The notes below the pieces were generated by a model. The model searched no databases, was not told where the DNA came from, and saw only the letters and a program-made list of their open reading frames with translations. From the NCBI GenBank assembly GCA_963755715.1, contig CAVWLW010000050.1, positions 64,001 to 128,000 on the forward strand: a stretch of DNA of 64,000 nt, given 5' to 3'. Below, piece by piece: positions 15,405 to 23,802 of this stretch. Within the stretch, counting starts at the first letter, position 1. Each line of letters starts with the position of its first letter. This DNA comes from an uncultured delta proteobacterium. GTDB lineage: Bacteria > Desulfobacterota > Binatia > UBA9968. Position numbers and translations under genes: made by a program.

Positions 15405-15999
15405 ATGAAACGACTAGAGTGCCTAAGCCTGTTGGGGCCGCTTATCAAAGACGATGATCTAGTCGTCACGACTCTGGGGTGGGTGGCGGGAGAATGGTTC
15501 GCTGTGCGCCACAAAGAGTCGAACCTTTACCAGGTCAATATGGGCATGTGCACCCCCCTTTGCTTGGGTCTCGCGTTGGTGTTGCCACATCGTCGTGTCG
15601 TCGCGATCGAATCCGACGGCAGCGTGCTTCTGAATTTAGGCGCCATGACCACTCTGGCAAACAAACGGCCGCCCAATCTCACGGTGATCGTCTTTGACAA
15701 TCAGTGCTACATGGCGACTGGGTGGACTGCCCACGGCAACCGCTGGCGTCACCGATTTGGCCGCCATGGCCAACGGAGCCGGCATCGAGAACTCTTATTC
15801 GGTCAGCTCGCTCAATGAGTTTGAGCGGGAAGCCCGCGCCGCAGTGCAGCGGAAAGGGCTATCCTATATCGTCGCCAAAGTGGAAGCGGCGGGACAAAGA
15901 ATGAGCACCGACATGGACGGCAAAGAAGGCAAGTACCGCTTCGTGCGTTACATTGAAAGAACGGAAGGGATTAAAATCATCGGCACCGCGGCAAAATAG
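15405..15999 (+). CDS. comE: sulfopyruvate/phosphonopyruvate decarboxylase beta subunit-like, one frameshift
   Basis: ThDP-binding motif (S)DGSVLLNLG...DNQCY; continues in ORF 15694-15999 (TDLAAMA.GAG). Confidence 0.75.
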
Positions 16000-16271
16000 C
16001 CATGCTCACGGTCCGCCGAGCGATCATCGCTTGCTCATAACGGCCCACTATGGAGCGAACGAGCCGTCAAGCAAGGTACGGTAATCCGCGAGCTTCGCAG
16101 CATAAGTTTTTCGTACGGCAATCAGAACAAAGCAACAGTCCTTGGAGGAGCGCGCGGTAAAGTTTACCGCTCCACGATGCGCTGTAATATTTCGCCAGTT
16201 AAATTGCGGCTCAGCCGTTTTCTAGCTTGCTTGCAAGTGCCAATCCTACCGCGCTCAACGATATAGGCGAT

Positions 16272-16300
16272 CTGAACAAATTAGCTAAATTGGCTATAAT
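16272..16300 (+). promoter_or_regulatory. sigma-70 promoter with overlapping palindromic operator (TA autoregulation)
   Basis: CTGAAC-N17-TATAAT, with the imperfect inverted repeat TAGCTAAATTGGCTA (16282-16296) overlapping the -10. Confidence 0.55.
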
Positions 16301-16324
16301 ATCCTGCAGGAGGGAGGCCATCCG

Positions 16325-16675
16325 ATGTCCATGCTTACTTTCAGGAATCGCCAGGGCGCTCTAGTCGACATTCCGACCGTCAAGGCAACCCAGGTCAAAA
16401 ACGAGTTCGGCTCGATCCTGGAAAAGGCCACGCGCAGCGGCGCGGTAGCGATTACTCGACACGCCGCGCCAAAGGCCGTGCTGCTTTCTTACGAAGAATT
16501 CGAGTCGCTGGTGCAAGTACAATCGCGCACTCTCGAAAACCTCGGCGCCGAATTCGACGATCTGTTGGATCGTATGCAGACCGCTAAGGCCAAAAAGGGG
16601 ATGGAATCCGCGTTCCACGCCTCCCCTGCCAAGCTCGGACGCGCGGCCATCAGGGCCGCCCGTAAAAACCGATAA
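16325..16675 (+). CDS. Phd/YefM family antitoxin
   Basis: VKATQVKNEFGSILE...VAITRH..PKAVLLSYEEF; GGAGG RBS. Confidence 0.85.
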   Translation: MSMLTFRNRQGALVDIPTVKATQVKNEFGSILEKATRSGAVAITRHAAPKAVLLSYEEFESLVQVQSRTLENLGAEFDDLLDRMQTAKAKKGMESAFHASPAKLGRAAIRAARKNR

Positions 16676-16699
16676 GTCTACCGCCGAGTTATCCTTGGA

Positions 16700-17344
16700 A
16701 TGAGCCCGCCTCACTCGCCGCGCATCTATGTTCTCGCCGGCGTCAACGGCGCGGGCAAGAGCAGCATTGGCGGGGCGGCGTTTCGCGCTGCCGGCGCCGA
16801 CTACTACAACCCCGACGAAGCCGCGCGCACATGGATGGCCGCTAATCCGGCGCTAACTCAAGCGGACGCCAATAGCGCCGCATGGCGCAAGGGCGTGGAA
16901 CTGTTGACGCGGGCTATTGGGGAGCGCAAAAACTTCGCTTTCGAAACCACGCTTGGCGCCAACACGATCCCGCGTCTGCTCATGGAGGCCGCCTTACAAG
17001 GTATCGAACTTTACGTGTGGTACGTGGGCCTTTTCAGCCCCGAGCTTCATATCGAGCGCGTACGAGCGCGAGTCCGACGGGGCGGCCACGACATCGCCGC
17101 CGAGCATATCCGCCGGCGCTATGAACATAGCCGCCTAAACCTCGTCGATCTCTTGCCACGGATCACAGCCTTGCGCGTTTACGACAACAGCGCAGACGCA
17201 GATCCCGCCGCCGGCAAGATCCCCAAACCCAAGCTGGTGTTGCACATGGAAAATGGAAAGATTCTCAATCGCCGCAATCTCAGGAGCACGCCAAACTGGG
17301 CGAAACCCATCGTCGCCGCCGCGCTAAAGCTCACGGCGAGCTGA
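16700..17344 (+). CDS. zeta-toxin-like P-loop kinase/ATPase
   Basis: AGVNGAGKSS, NPDE, FAFETTL, RVRRGGHDI, VYDNS. Confidence 0.9.
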   Translation: MSPPHSPRIYVLAGVNGAGKSSIGGAAFRAAGADYYNPDEAARTWMAANPALTQADANSAAWRKGVELLTRAIGERKNFAFETTLGANTIPRLLMEAALQGIELYVWYVGLFSPELHIERVRARVRRGGHDIAAEHIRRRYEHSRLNLVDLLPRITALRVYDNSADADPAAGKIPKPKLVLHMENGKILNRRNLRSTPNWAKPIVAAALKLTAS

Positions 17345-17526
17345 GAAAACTAACGCGCCTATTGAAGATGACTGAGGAAAAACGACCGGCCGCCATGGGG
17401 TGATCAACAATGTCATTGATGCGGTGGCAGCGCTAACGCGCTCAACCCCCAAACTTGTGCGCAAGTTCAACAAGATGAAAGGGAGAAAAAAATTAAGGGG
17501 TCAGCCTGTCCCCTTTTCTCGTCTCC

Positions 17527-17880
17527 CTACGAAAGCGCTCTCTGAAGATTCGACCGCAACTCATCAAGCGAAAGCGGTTTGCTCAGGCAGGGAATACCGT
17601 ATCCCCAAATTGGCCTAAGATCCTCGGAAGGATAAGCCGTCATCGTGATGATAGGAATGGTGGGCAACCTGGAAAGTATATGTAACGTAAGAGTCACACC
17701 GTCGAGCCGGGGCATGCGAATGTCGGTAAGCACAAGGTCAAATTGTTGATTGTCTAACAGCTCGATGGCCTCTGCCCCGTCGCTTGCCTCGCTGACCCGA
17801 TAACCCTCTTTGCGCAAAAAATGACTGAGAAGCTCTAGGCTGGCGGGCTCATCCTCGACGACTAAAATATTCTTTAACAT
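17527..17880 (-). CDS. single-domain response regulator (CheY-like)
   Basis: ILVVEDE, DLVLTDIRMP, MTAY, LSKP; likely start ATG 17880 after GGAGG. Confidence 0.9.
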   Translation of the reverse strand: MLKNILVVEDEPASLELLSHFLRKEGYRVSEASDGAEAIELLDNQQFDLVLTDIRMPRLDGVTLTLHILSRLPTIPIITMTAYPSEDLRPIWGYGIPCLSKPLSLDELRSNLQRALS

Positions 17881-17959
17881 TTTGCATCCTCCATCGGCGC
17901 ACAGTCCGTAAATAGTGCCAACGCCCATACACAAGAGGGACGTCTGCCATTGAGAAGAA

Positions 17960-18805
17960 CTATGCCGCGCCCACCTTTGGACGCCACTTATCAAATCGAT
18001 GCTCGTAGCGGTCTATAACACTGGTCAGGGTCATTCCCGAGATGGCGAAGATAAGAACTCCGACGAAAACCTTGTCGGTCTGGAAGGTGGCTCCGGCGAC
18101 CGTGATCATGAAGCCGATCCCCGCTGTCGCCGCGTAGAGCTCGCCGACCATGACGCCGATAAGAGCGCGACCCACCGCCAAGCGCAAACCGGTCAAAATG
18201 AATGGCACGGTAGATGGAAGCACGACAGACCTAAAGATCTGCCAATCCGAAGCCCCAAAGCTTCTTGCAGCGGTAAGGAGATTGTGCGGTGTCGTCTTCA
18301 CTCCGTCACGAGTGTTGATCAACAAGGGAAAAAGGGCGCCAAGGAAAATGATACCGACCTTGGAGATAATGCCGATCCCCAGCCAAATAATGACGAGCGG
18401 CAAGAGAGCAATCCGTGGGGTCGCGTTCATGGCGTTAACAAATGGGTCGCAAACGTAGGCGAATCGCTTGTACCAACCGATTGCGATCCCAACAGGGACG
18501 GCGACAACAACGGAAAGCAGGTATCCCCAGAAAAATTCGATGCCACTGACGTACAAGTCGTTATAGATCTCCCCCGAAGCAAACATCTGATAAGCGGCCT
18601 TGAACACGAAAGACGGCGCGCTCATGAACATGGGGTTGATGAGTTGCAGCGTGTTGCCGCACAGCTCCCAAGTGGTCAGAAACAGGATTACGGCAGCTGT
18701 ACCCAGGATCTTCTTTTCCTGGATAAGATAAAACTTATATAGCCTTGAGGCCTCAGCCACTCTAATGTCTAATAATAACTCTTCTTGAGCCATTTGGTTG
18801 GCCAT
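17960..18805 (-). CDS. ABC transporter permease, NitT/TauT family
   Basis: TPRIALLP, AARSFGAS..QIF..VVLPS, LRLA.GRAL; no partner ATPase adjacent. Confidence 0.9.
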   Translation of the reverse strand: MANQMAQEELLLDIRVAEASRLYKFYLIQEKKILGTAAVILFLTTWELCGNTLQLINPMFMSAPSFVFKAAYQMFASGEIYNDLYVSGIEFFWGYLLSVVVAVPVGIAIGWYKRFAYVCDPFVNAMNATPRIALLPLVIIWLGIGIISKVGIIFLGALFPLLINTRDGVKTTPHNLLTAARSFGASDWQIFRSVVLPSTVPFILTGLRLAVGRALIGVMVGELYAATAGIGFMITVAGATFQTDKVFVGVLIFAISGMTLTSVIDRYEHRFDKWRPKVGAA

Positions 18806-19208
18806 AGATCTACCCTCCTGGTTTTCGGGTCGGCAAAATTGCTTGTCGCCCAGCCTCGCGAACACATAGCTCGAATTTCAAAAATAACCTCGCAATTTGG
18901 CGCACCACCGATTAAACCATCCACCCTGCCGTATGCGCAGCCTCTCTCATGAGGACTCGGTAAAACGCCCGCAAGCGTTATTTCATGCGAGCCTAACCTG
19001 CGTGGTAGGAGATTGCTGTCCAATATTGGACAGGCTTGAGAATAATTATTCGTGTAGGTTTGACCGACCGCCGGGACGAGAATATCGCTGCAACGCTTGT
19101 GATACGATGATACGAGTTAGCACCGCTCTTCTCGAATCCTGTGCAGGAGAGAGTGAAGCAGAAATCAGAAGCTTAACGTTAGGAGGGAGAAATTATGGGG
19201 TCCGACTT

Positions 19209-19420
19209 CTACGACTCAACTATCTCGTTCAGCCGCTCGATCTCCCGTCTGGCCGTATCATTTGCTTGCACCCGATCGCTCAGCCGTGCGCAGCAAGGTC
19301 GCGAGTGTCGCCATGTCTCTGCCAAAATAGGCCGCCACATCGCTTAACCGGTAGCCAAGTCTCCGAACCAATACGTACGCCGCTATCGTGCGCGCCTAAA
19401 CGCGAGACCGAGTTTCCGCG
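19209..19420 (-). pseudogene. RAYT-type transposase C-terminal HTH relic
   Basis: RTIAAYVLVRRLGYRLSDVAAYFGRDMATLATLLARL... is homologous to the 38991-39266 ORF and is followed by the terminal motif (GGGGTCCGAC on +). Confidence 0.65.
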
Positions 19421-19517
19421 ACGGAGCGAATCGCAACATTAGTGGGCGATTGAAACGGTTGTCCGGCGGGATTGAGATCGCTTTCAATCCGCGCGGCATT
19501 CTTGCTTCCATTTTAAA

Positions 19518-19685
19518 TTATTTTTTCGCGGCTTGCTGTTTCTCTAGCAGTTGTAAAACATTTTTCTTGGCTTCGTCGGGTTTTTTACCCGATGCGCTTG
19601 CCGCTTCTTCGAATGTCTTGTTGGTGATGTTTTTGGAATTGCCCATGTCATCATCCGGCTTTTGGCATCCACAGTTATAACACAT
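19518..19685 (-). CDS. small CxxCxC protein, 55 aa
   Basis: MCYNCGCQKPDDDMGNSKNITNKTFEEAA...; AAGGAGG RBS upstream. Confidence 0.75.
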   Translation of the reverse strand: MCYNCGCQKPDDDMGNSKNITNKTFEEAASASGKKPDEAKKNVLQLLEKQQAAKK

Positions 19686-20166
19686 AGATTGCTTCCTCCT
19701 TGTCGTGGAAGGGGCAAGCATTGTGCCACCACTAAGGAACCTCTGTGGGAGGACAAAACTGAGGAAAATCATATACTGGCGCGGTGATGGAAGATGAATT
19801 TGTCGGCTTTCACATAAAGTTTGTAAGTATATTGCCGCCGATTCTGGCGGGACAGCAATGCACCCAACCGCGCGCGACCAGGCGCAGCTCTGCTGACGGC
19901 AATCCGAATCCCAAGAAGCTGCTTGCTCCGACCCAGGAAGATTTCTCAGTTCAGATTTGAAGATGCGGTTTTTTAGTACGCCACCGACAAATGAAGTCGG
20001 CGTTGTAGCGAACGGGACGAAAGTCGCCCGCCGCTGATAGTCACCGCCACGAGGTGGGGATTCAGAACGAGCGGATGATCGACCCGACGATGGTGAGGCT
20101 GCCGAACCATTCAACGGTTTAACGAATCGATTCTTACTGTTGCCTGGCGCCTCACGCCCCTTCGAG

Positions 20167-20303
20167 GATGCAGGTGACGAGGGCGGCATTTCAGACTGGG
20201 TGAGCCTGAATAAACAGGTCACTGACACAAAAAGCCACACCCTCGTCACCAACTCTTATATTCGTTTCTCTCCGCTCCCGCTAGCTGCTAAATTCCAATG
20301 GTA
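20167..20303 (-). mobile_element. orphan IS110 left end with bridge-RNA target-binding loop; no donor loop or transposase
   Basis: The reverse complement of 20167-20248 matches 37436-37517 with 4 differences. Left end TACCATTGGAATTTAGCAG matches 37381-37399. Flank is TATGGGGTC. Confidence 0.85.
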
Positions 20304-20494
20304 GACCCCATAGCTTTCCCCCAATCGTTTTTTAATCAACGCGGAGCCGCTAGTTCGTTCGGGTTGGCGTCGAACGCCTTTTACGAACCGCACAGACCTT
20401 ACAATCTGCACAATCTGTGTGCGTCTGCTTGACAGCTTTCGCTGTGATCGATTATTCCCGAAGCTCAGGAGATTGTACTGGAGGGAGGGCAGGC

Positions 20495-21478
20495 ATGCTG
20501 GCTCGAATTGAGTATTTTTTCTTTGTGCTGTTCGTTCTTCTCGCCTTCACGGCCGACGCGCGGAGCCAAAGCATCGTCGCTTCGGACAGGGTCGTCGTCA
20601 GTTATCCGAGCAAGTCCATCACCAGTTTTCCGATCCTCGAAACGGCGCAGCGCCGCGGTTTCTTTCGCAGAGAGAATCTTGACGTGAGCGCTGTCTATAT
20701 GCGCGGCGGCATCGATATCAAAGCCGTCCTTACCGGCGACGCCGATTTCGGCACCGGGTCGACCACTGCCGTCACCGCATTCGTCGCCGGCGCGCCGCTG
20801 CGTGTCGTTATGAGCCTCAACTCCTACGTCGATCAGGCGCTCTATGCTCAACCGAAGTACCGCACTCTGGCCGAGCTCAAAGGCCAATCCATCGGCTCGC
20901 TCAATCCCGGCGGGCTGGTCGATACGTTGCTGCGAAAAGTCATCGTTCAAAACGGGCTATCGCCCGAACGCGATTTTATTCTGCTCAATATGGGCGGCAC
21001 GCCGGAACGATACGCCGCGTTGAAGGCGGGCACCCTGGCCGCCTCGATGCTGAGCGCGCCGCACAGTTTGCACGCGGAGAAAGAAGGATTCACCAAGATC
21101 GCCGCGACCCGCGACTATGTGGACGTCCCTGGCACCGCGCTGGTCGCGCATGTTGACAAAATCAAAAAACAACCGGAGATGATCAAGCGATTTTTGCGCG
21201 CCACGTTGCGCTCGATGAGTTACATCCGCGAAAATCGCGCCGATACGATGCAGATGATTGCCCGCGAATTCGCCATGGCCCCTGACATCGCCGCCCTGGC
21301 TTACGATAAGCTCGTCGAGTTACTGAGCGTGAACGGCAAGATTCGCGTCGACGGATATCAACTGCTGCTCGACTTCGCCCGCGCGGCGCAAAAAATCGAG
21401 CGGCCGATCAACGCCGCCCAGCTCGTCGACGACAGGCTGCTCGATGAAGTGGTCCGTGAAACCGGCATCAAGCGTTAG
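20495..21478 (+). CDS. ABC transporter substrate-binding protein, NitT/TauT/SsuA family
   Basis: Signal peptide, GFF.RENLDV, AVLTGDADF, ELKGQSIG, ERYAALKAG. Confidence 0.9.
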   Translation: MLARIEYFFFVLFVLLAFTADARSQSIVASDRVVVSYPSKSITSFPILETAQRRGFFRRENLDVSAVYMRGGIDIKAVLTGDADFGTGSTTAVTAFVAGAPLRVVMSLNSYVDQALYAQPKYRTLAELKGQSIGSLNPGGLVDTLLRKVIVQNGLSPERDFILLNMGGTPERYAALKAGTLAASMLSAPHSLHAEKEGFTKIAATRDYVDVPGTALVAHVDKIKKQPEMIKRFLRATLRSMSYIRENRADTMQMIAREFAMAPDIAALAYDKLVELLSVNGKIRVDGYQLLLDFARAAQKIERPINAAQLVDDRLLDEVVRETGIKR

Positions 21479-21538
21479 GCAGGTCCATACTCTCTCTAAC
21501 CGCCGCCTATGGCGGCGAAGATCGCGTACATCATTCTT

Positions 21539-21640
21539 TCACAGTATGTAATCGAGCACGCACAGACCAAAGCGTTTCTTCGCCTCGAAAATCCAATGCC
21601 GGGAATAGCGGCGGTCATGCACCAACGTTAAGAATTTCTG
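21539..21640 (-). pseudogene. RAYT-type transposase relic
   Basis: DRRYSRHWIFEAKKRFGLCVLDY, same subtype as 23126-23330. Confidence 0.65.
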
Positions 21641-21970
21641 AACCTTGAATCTTCGAGAGAAGTCCGAACTGAACGTTTTGAACGCTCCGGCGTCTTTTAC
21701 CTTGAACTTATGAACGCCCGCACTCTGGGGCTTGTATCGAAGATGCCTTGGTCCGAACTGGACAAGTTCGCCGAGAACTGCTGAATCGAAGTGAGAAGCT
21801 GCTTTGGTCCGACCGGAGTTCTTGAAGTGACGCAAGCGTTGTCGTTCAGGTCGAACTCACCAGAAGGCTTAAGCCTCGAGAGTTCCTTGAGCTAGTCGTA
21901 GCTTCTGGATCCAGATGCGGGTAACTGTACGTACTAGTCGACTCTTAAGACAGTTGCTATTGCCCCGCAC

Positions 21971-23089
21971 CTATTCGAGCGCACCGAGCAATTGGAATTC
22001 ATAGACACCCACAGAACTAAAGCCGTGAGAAGATATGACCTTAACTTTCAGATACCGTGCTTTCACGGGCGGGAACTTGAACTCCTGATAGGGTTCTTTG
22101 AAAAACCGGATGTTCTGCGTCTGAAACTTGCCGATTGACTCGAATTTTCCCGTAGCAGAATCATTTCCTGCCAGCAGCTCGAACTCTTTCAAATTCCAGC
22201 TCTCCGTACCAAGGATCAGTACCTTGAATGTATCGAAGGTTGCTGGCTTATCATTTTTGAATCCGTAAACGGCCCAACTGCCGACAACACCGATGTCGAT
22301 GTACTGCCAATTTTTCTCATCACCGTCGATGGCGTAGGGCCATTGATCGTTGGTGGCAACAACAACGTGGCCGCCGTTTTCTGCAGAAAGCACATTCATG
22401 ACAGATGATCGAGGTTGTGTCGAAGGCGCCGGCTTGGCTACTGAGGCAGCCTGCTCTTCTGTCCCTCCGGGGCCAGGTTTTGTCGGAGCGGGGGCAATAT
22501 TCGTCATCGATGGAGTCGACTGCACCTGGTTTTGCGATTGAGGATGTTGCTTTTCGAAAAAACCGGTTTGGTGAAGCACCGCAAGCGAACCAATTACGCC
22601 AGCTACGACTCCCGCCAAAACACCCCACATTGTCTTCGACCAATGCCGCGACCGCACTTCGGTATCGGTTGGGATCTGTCTTGGTTGAACCGGGGCACTG
22701 CCATCCACCATGCCGGCGACGATCCGCATTAATTGATCGAACTCACGATGAGAAGACTCACCCTGCCAATCGGAGAGATCTGCTGCTTCGATTCTCTTGA
22801 ACTCGAGGGGAATTTTGACGTTATCGATCAACGCCGGCACGAGAATTCCTCGCTCCGCACCCTCAGCTGCTTCCGTTTTCACCCAACGGGACGACACAGA
22901 GGCTTTAGACCAGAGAACAACCACACAGCGGGCCGAGCTCAACGCATTCTCGATCGTCTCGTCAAACGACTTGCCGGGCGGAATCTCTCGGTCCCACCAA
23001 ACAGACCAACCCTTCTGCGAAAATGCATTCGCAAGCAGCTCAGCTTTCTCCTTATCTGCTCTCGCATAGCTGATAAAAATATCACTCAT
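21971..23089 (-). CDS. TIR domain - transmembrane helix - Pro/Ser/Thr linker - discoidin (F5/8 type C)-like domain protein
   Basis: MSDIFISYAR...WWDR...SRWVKTEA (TIR_2 with conserved Glu); TM WGVLAGVVAGVIGSLAVL; C-terminus AIDGD...W...FPPVKARYLKVKV...YEFQL. Confidence 0.85.
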   Translation of the reverse strand: MSDIFISYARADKEKAELLANAFSQKGWSVWWDREIPPGKSFDETIENALSSARCVVVLWSKASVSSRWVKTEAAEGAERGILVPALIDNVKIPLEFKRIEAADLSDWQGESSHREFDQLMRIVAGMVDGSAPVQPRQIPTDTEVRSRHWSKTMWGVLAGVVAGVIGSLAVLHQTGFFEKQHPQSQNQVQSTPSMTNIAPAPTKPGPGGTEEQAASVAKPAPSTQPRSSVMNVLSAENGGHVVVATNDQWPYAIDGDEKNWQYIDIGVVGSWAVYGFKNDKPATFDTFKVLILGTESWNLKEFELLAGNDSATGKFESIGKFQTQNIRFFKEPYQEFKFPPVKARYLKVKVISSHGFSSVGVYEFQLLGALE

Positions 23090-23125
23090 GGGGGCCATGA
23101 TGATTCCATGCCGAACGGAATGCAA

Positions 23126-23330
23126 TCACTCCTGCGCGGTGCGCCCCGCGTTGAGCTGCATGCTCTCGGCGATAACGTTTGGACCTGTGTCTTTGACCAG
23201 TAGGTGAACGTGGTTGGACGTGACCATGTAGTTCAGCACGGAAAGACCGAAGCGCTTCTTCGCCTCGAAAACCTAATGCAGATACGCTGTCGATCGTGTG
23301 CAACGTCTTGAAAAATTCGGTCTTCTGATG
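23126..23330 (-). pseudogene. RAYT-type transposase relic containing the HUH motif
   Basis: FEAKKRFGLSVLNYMVTSNHVHLLV...IAESMQL, with in-frame stops. Confidence 0.75.
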
Positions 23331-23569
23331 ATTGTTGACCGGTGAAGTTGTTTCCTGAACTATTGCCTGTTGCCTCGTGCTTAATGCCTATTTTCGTGCC
23401 AGATATGGCCTGGCAGAGAGTGACGGTTCGCGCGCGGCATCGTTTCCCTTAGAGCCTGCCTTTCGGCTTCAAAAAGCCGCCTCTAAGCCTTTATTTAAAG
23501 GATGCCTTTTATGCTACCGTGGAGTTGTGAAATCAACAGCTTCCCTTGGTCCGACCCGCGACCCTGACT

Positions 23570-23614
23570 CAGATAGTACGCACCGGGAATGAGAATGCGT
23601 AATGGTCGCGCCAT
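23570..23614 (-). pseudogene. RAYT-type transposase N-terminal stub
   Basis: MARPLRILIPGAYYL resembles the N-terminus of 34443-35267. Confidence 0.6.
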
Positions 23615-23802
23615 TGCCACCTTCTTTATTATAGACATTAGCTCATCGTCGAGAAATAAAAGTCTGATCATCCTTGCATGCCAGATAGTCCTGCAAATTG
23701 ACATCCGTTCAGGTAATCAGATAATTCTGAGCGATCGGAAGGCCTTGCTGCGCAGCCGGGTCGCGGTCATTTTTGATAAAGGTTGGGGGAGAGTTTAGGA
23801 AA

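Noticed and set aside
16226-16243. Sigma-54 promoter candidates (also 17905-17920 and 45946-45978)
   Set aside because: TGGCA is present but there is no correctly spaced TTGC -12 element.
19686-20252. N-terminal 189 aa of the 244-aa ORF 19518-20252
   Set aside because: It runs through the IS110 remnant and repeats. The real gene starts at 19685 after an RBS.
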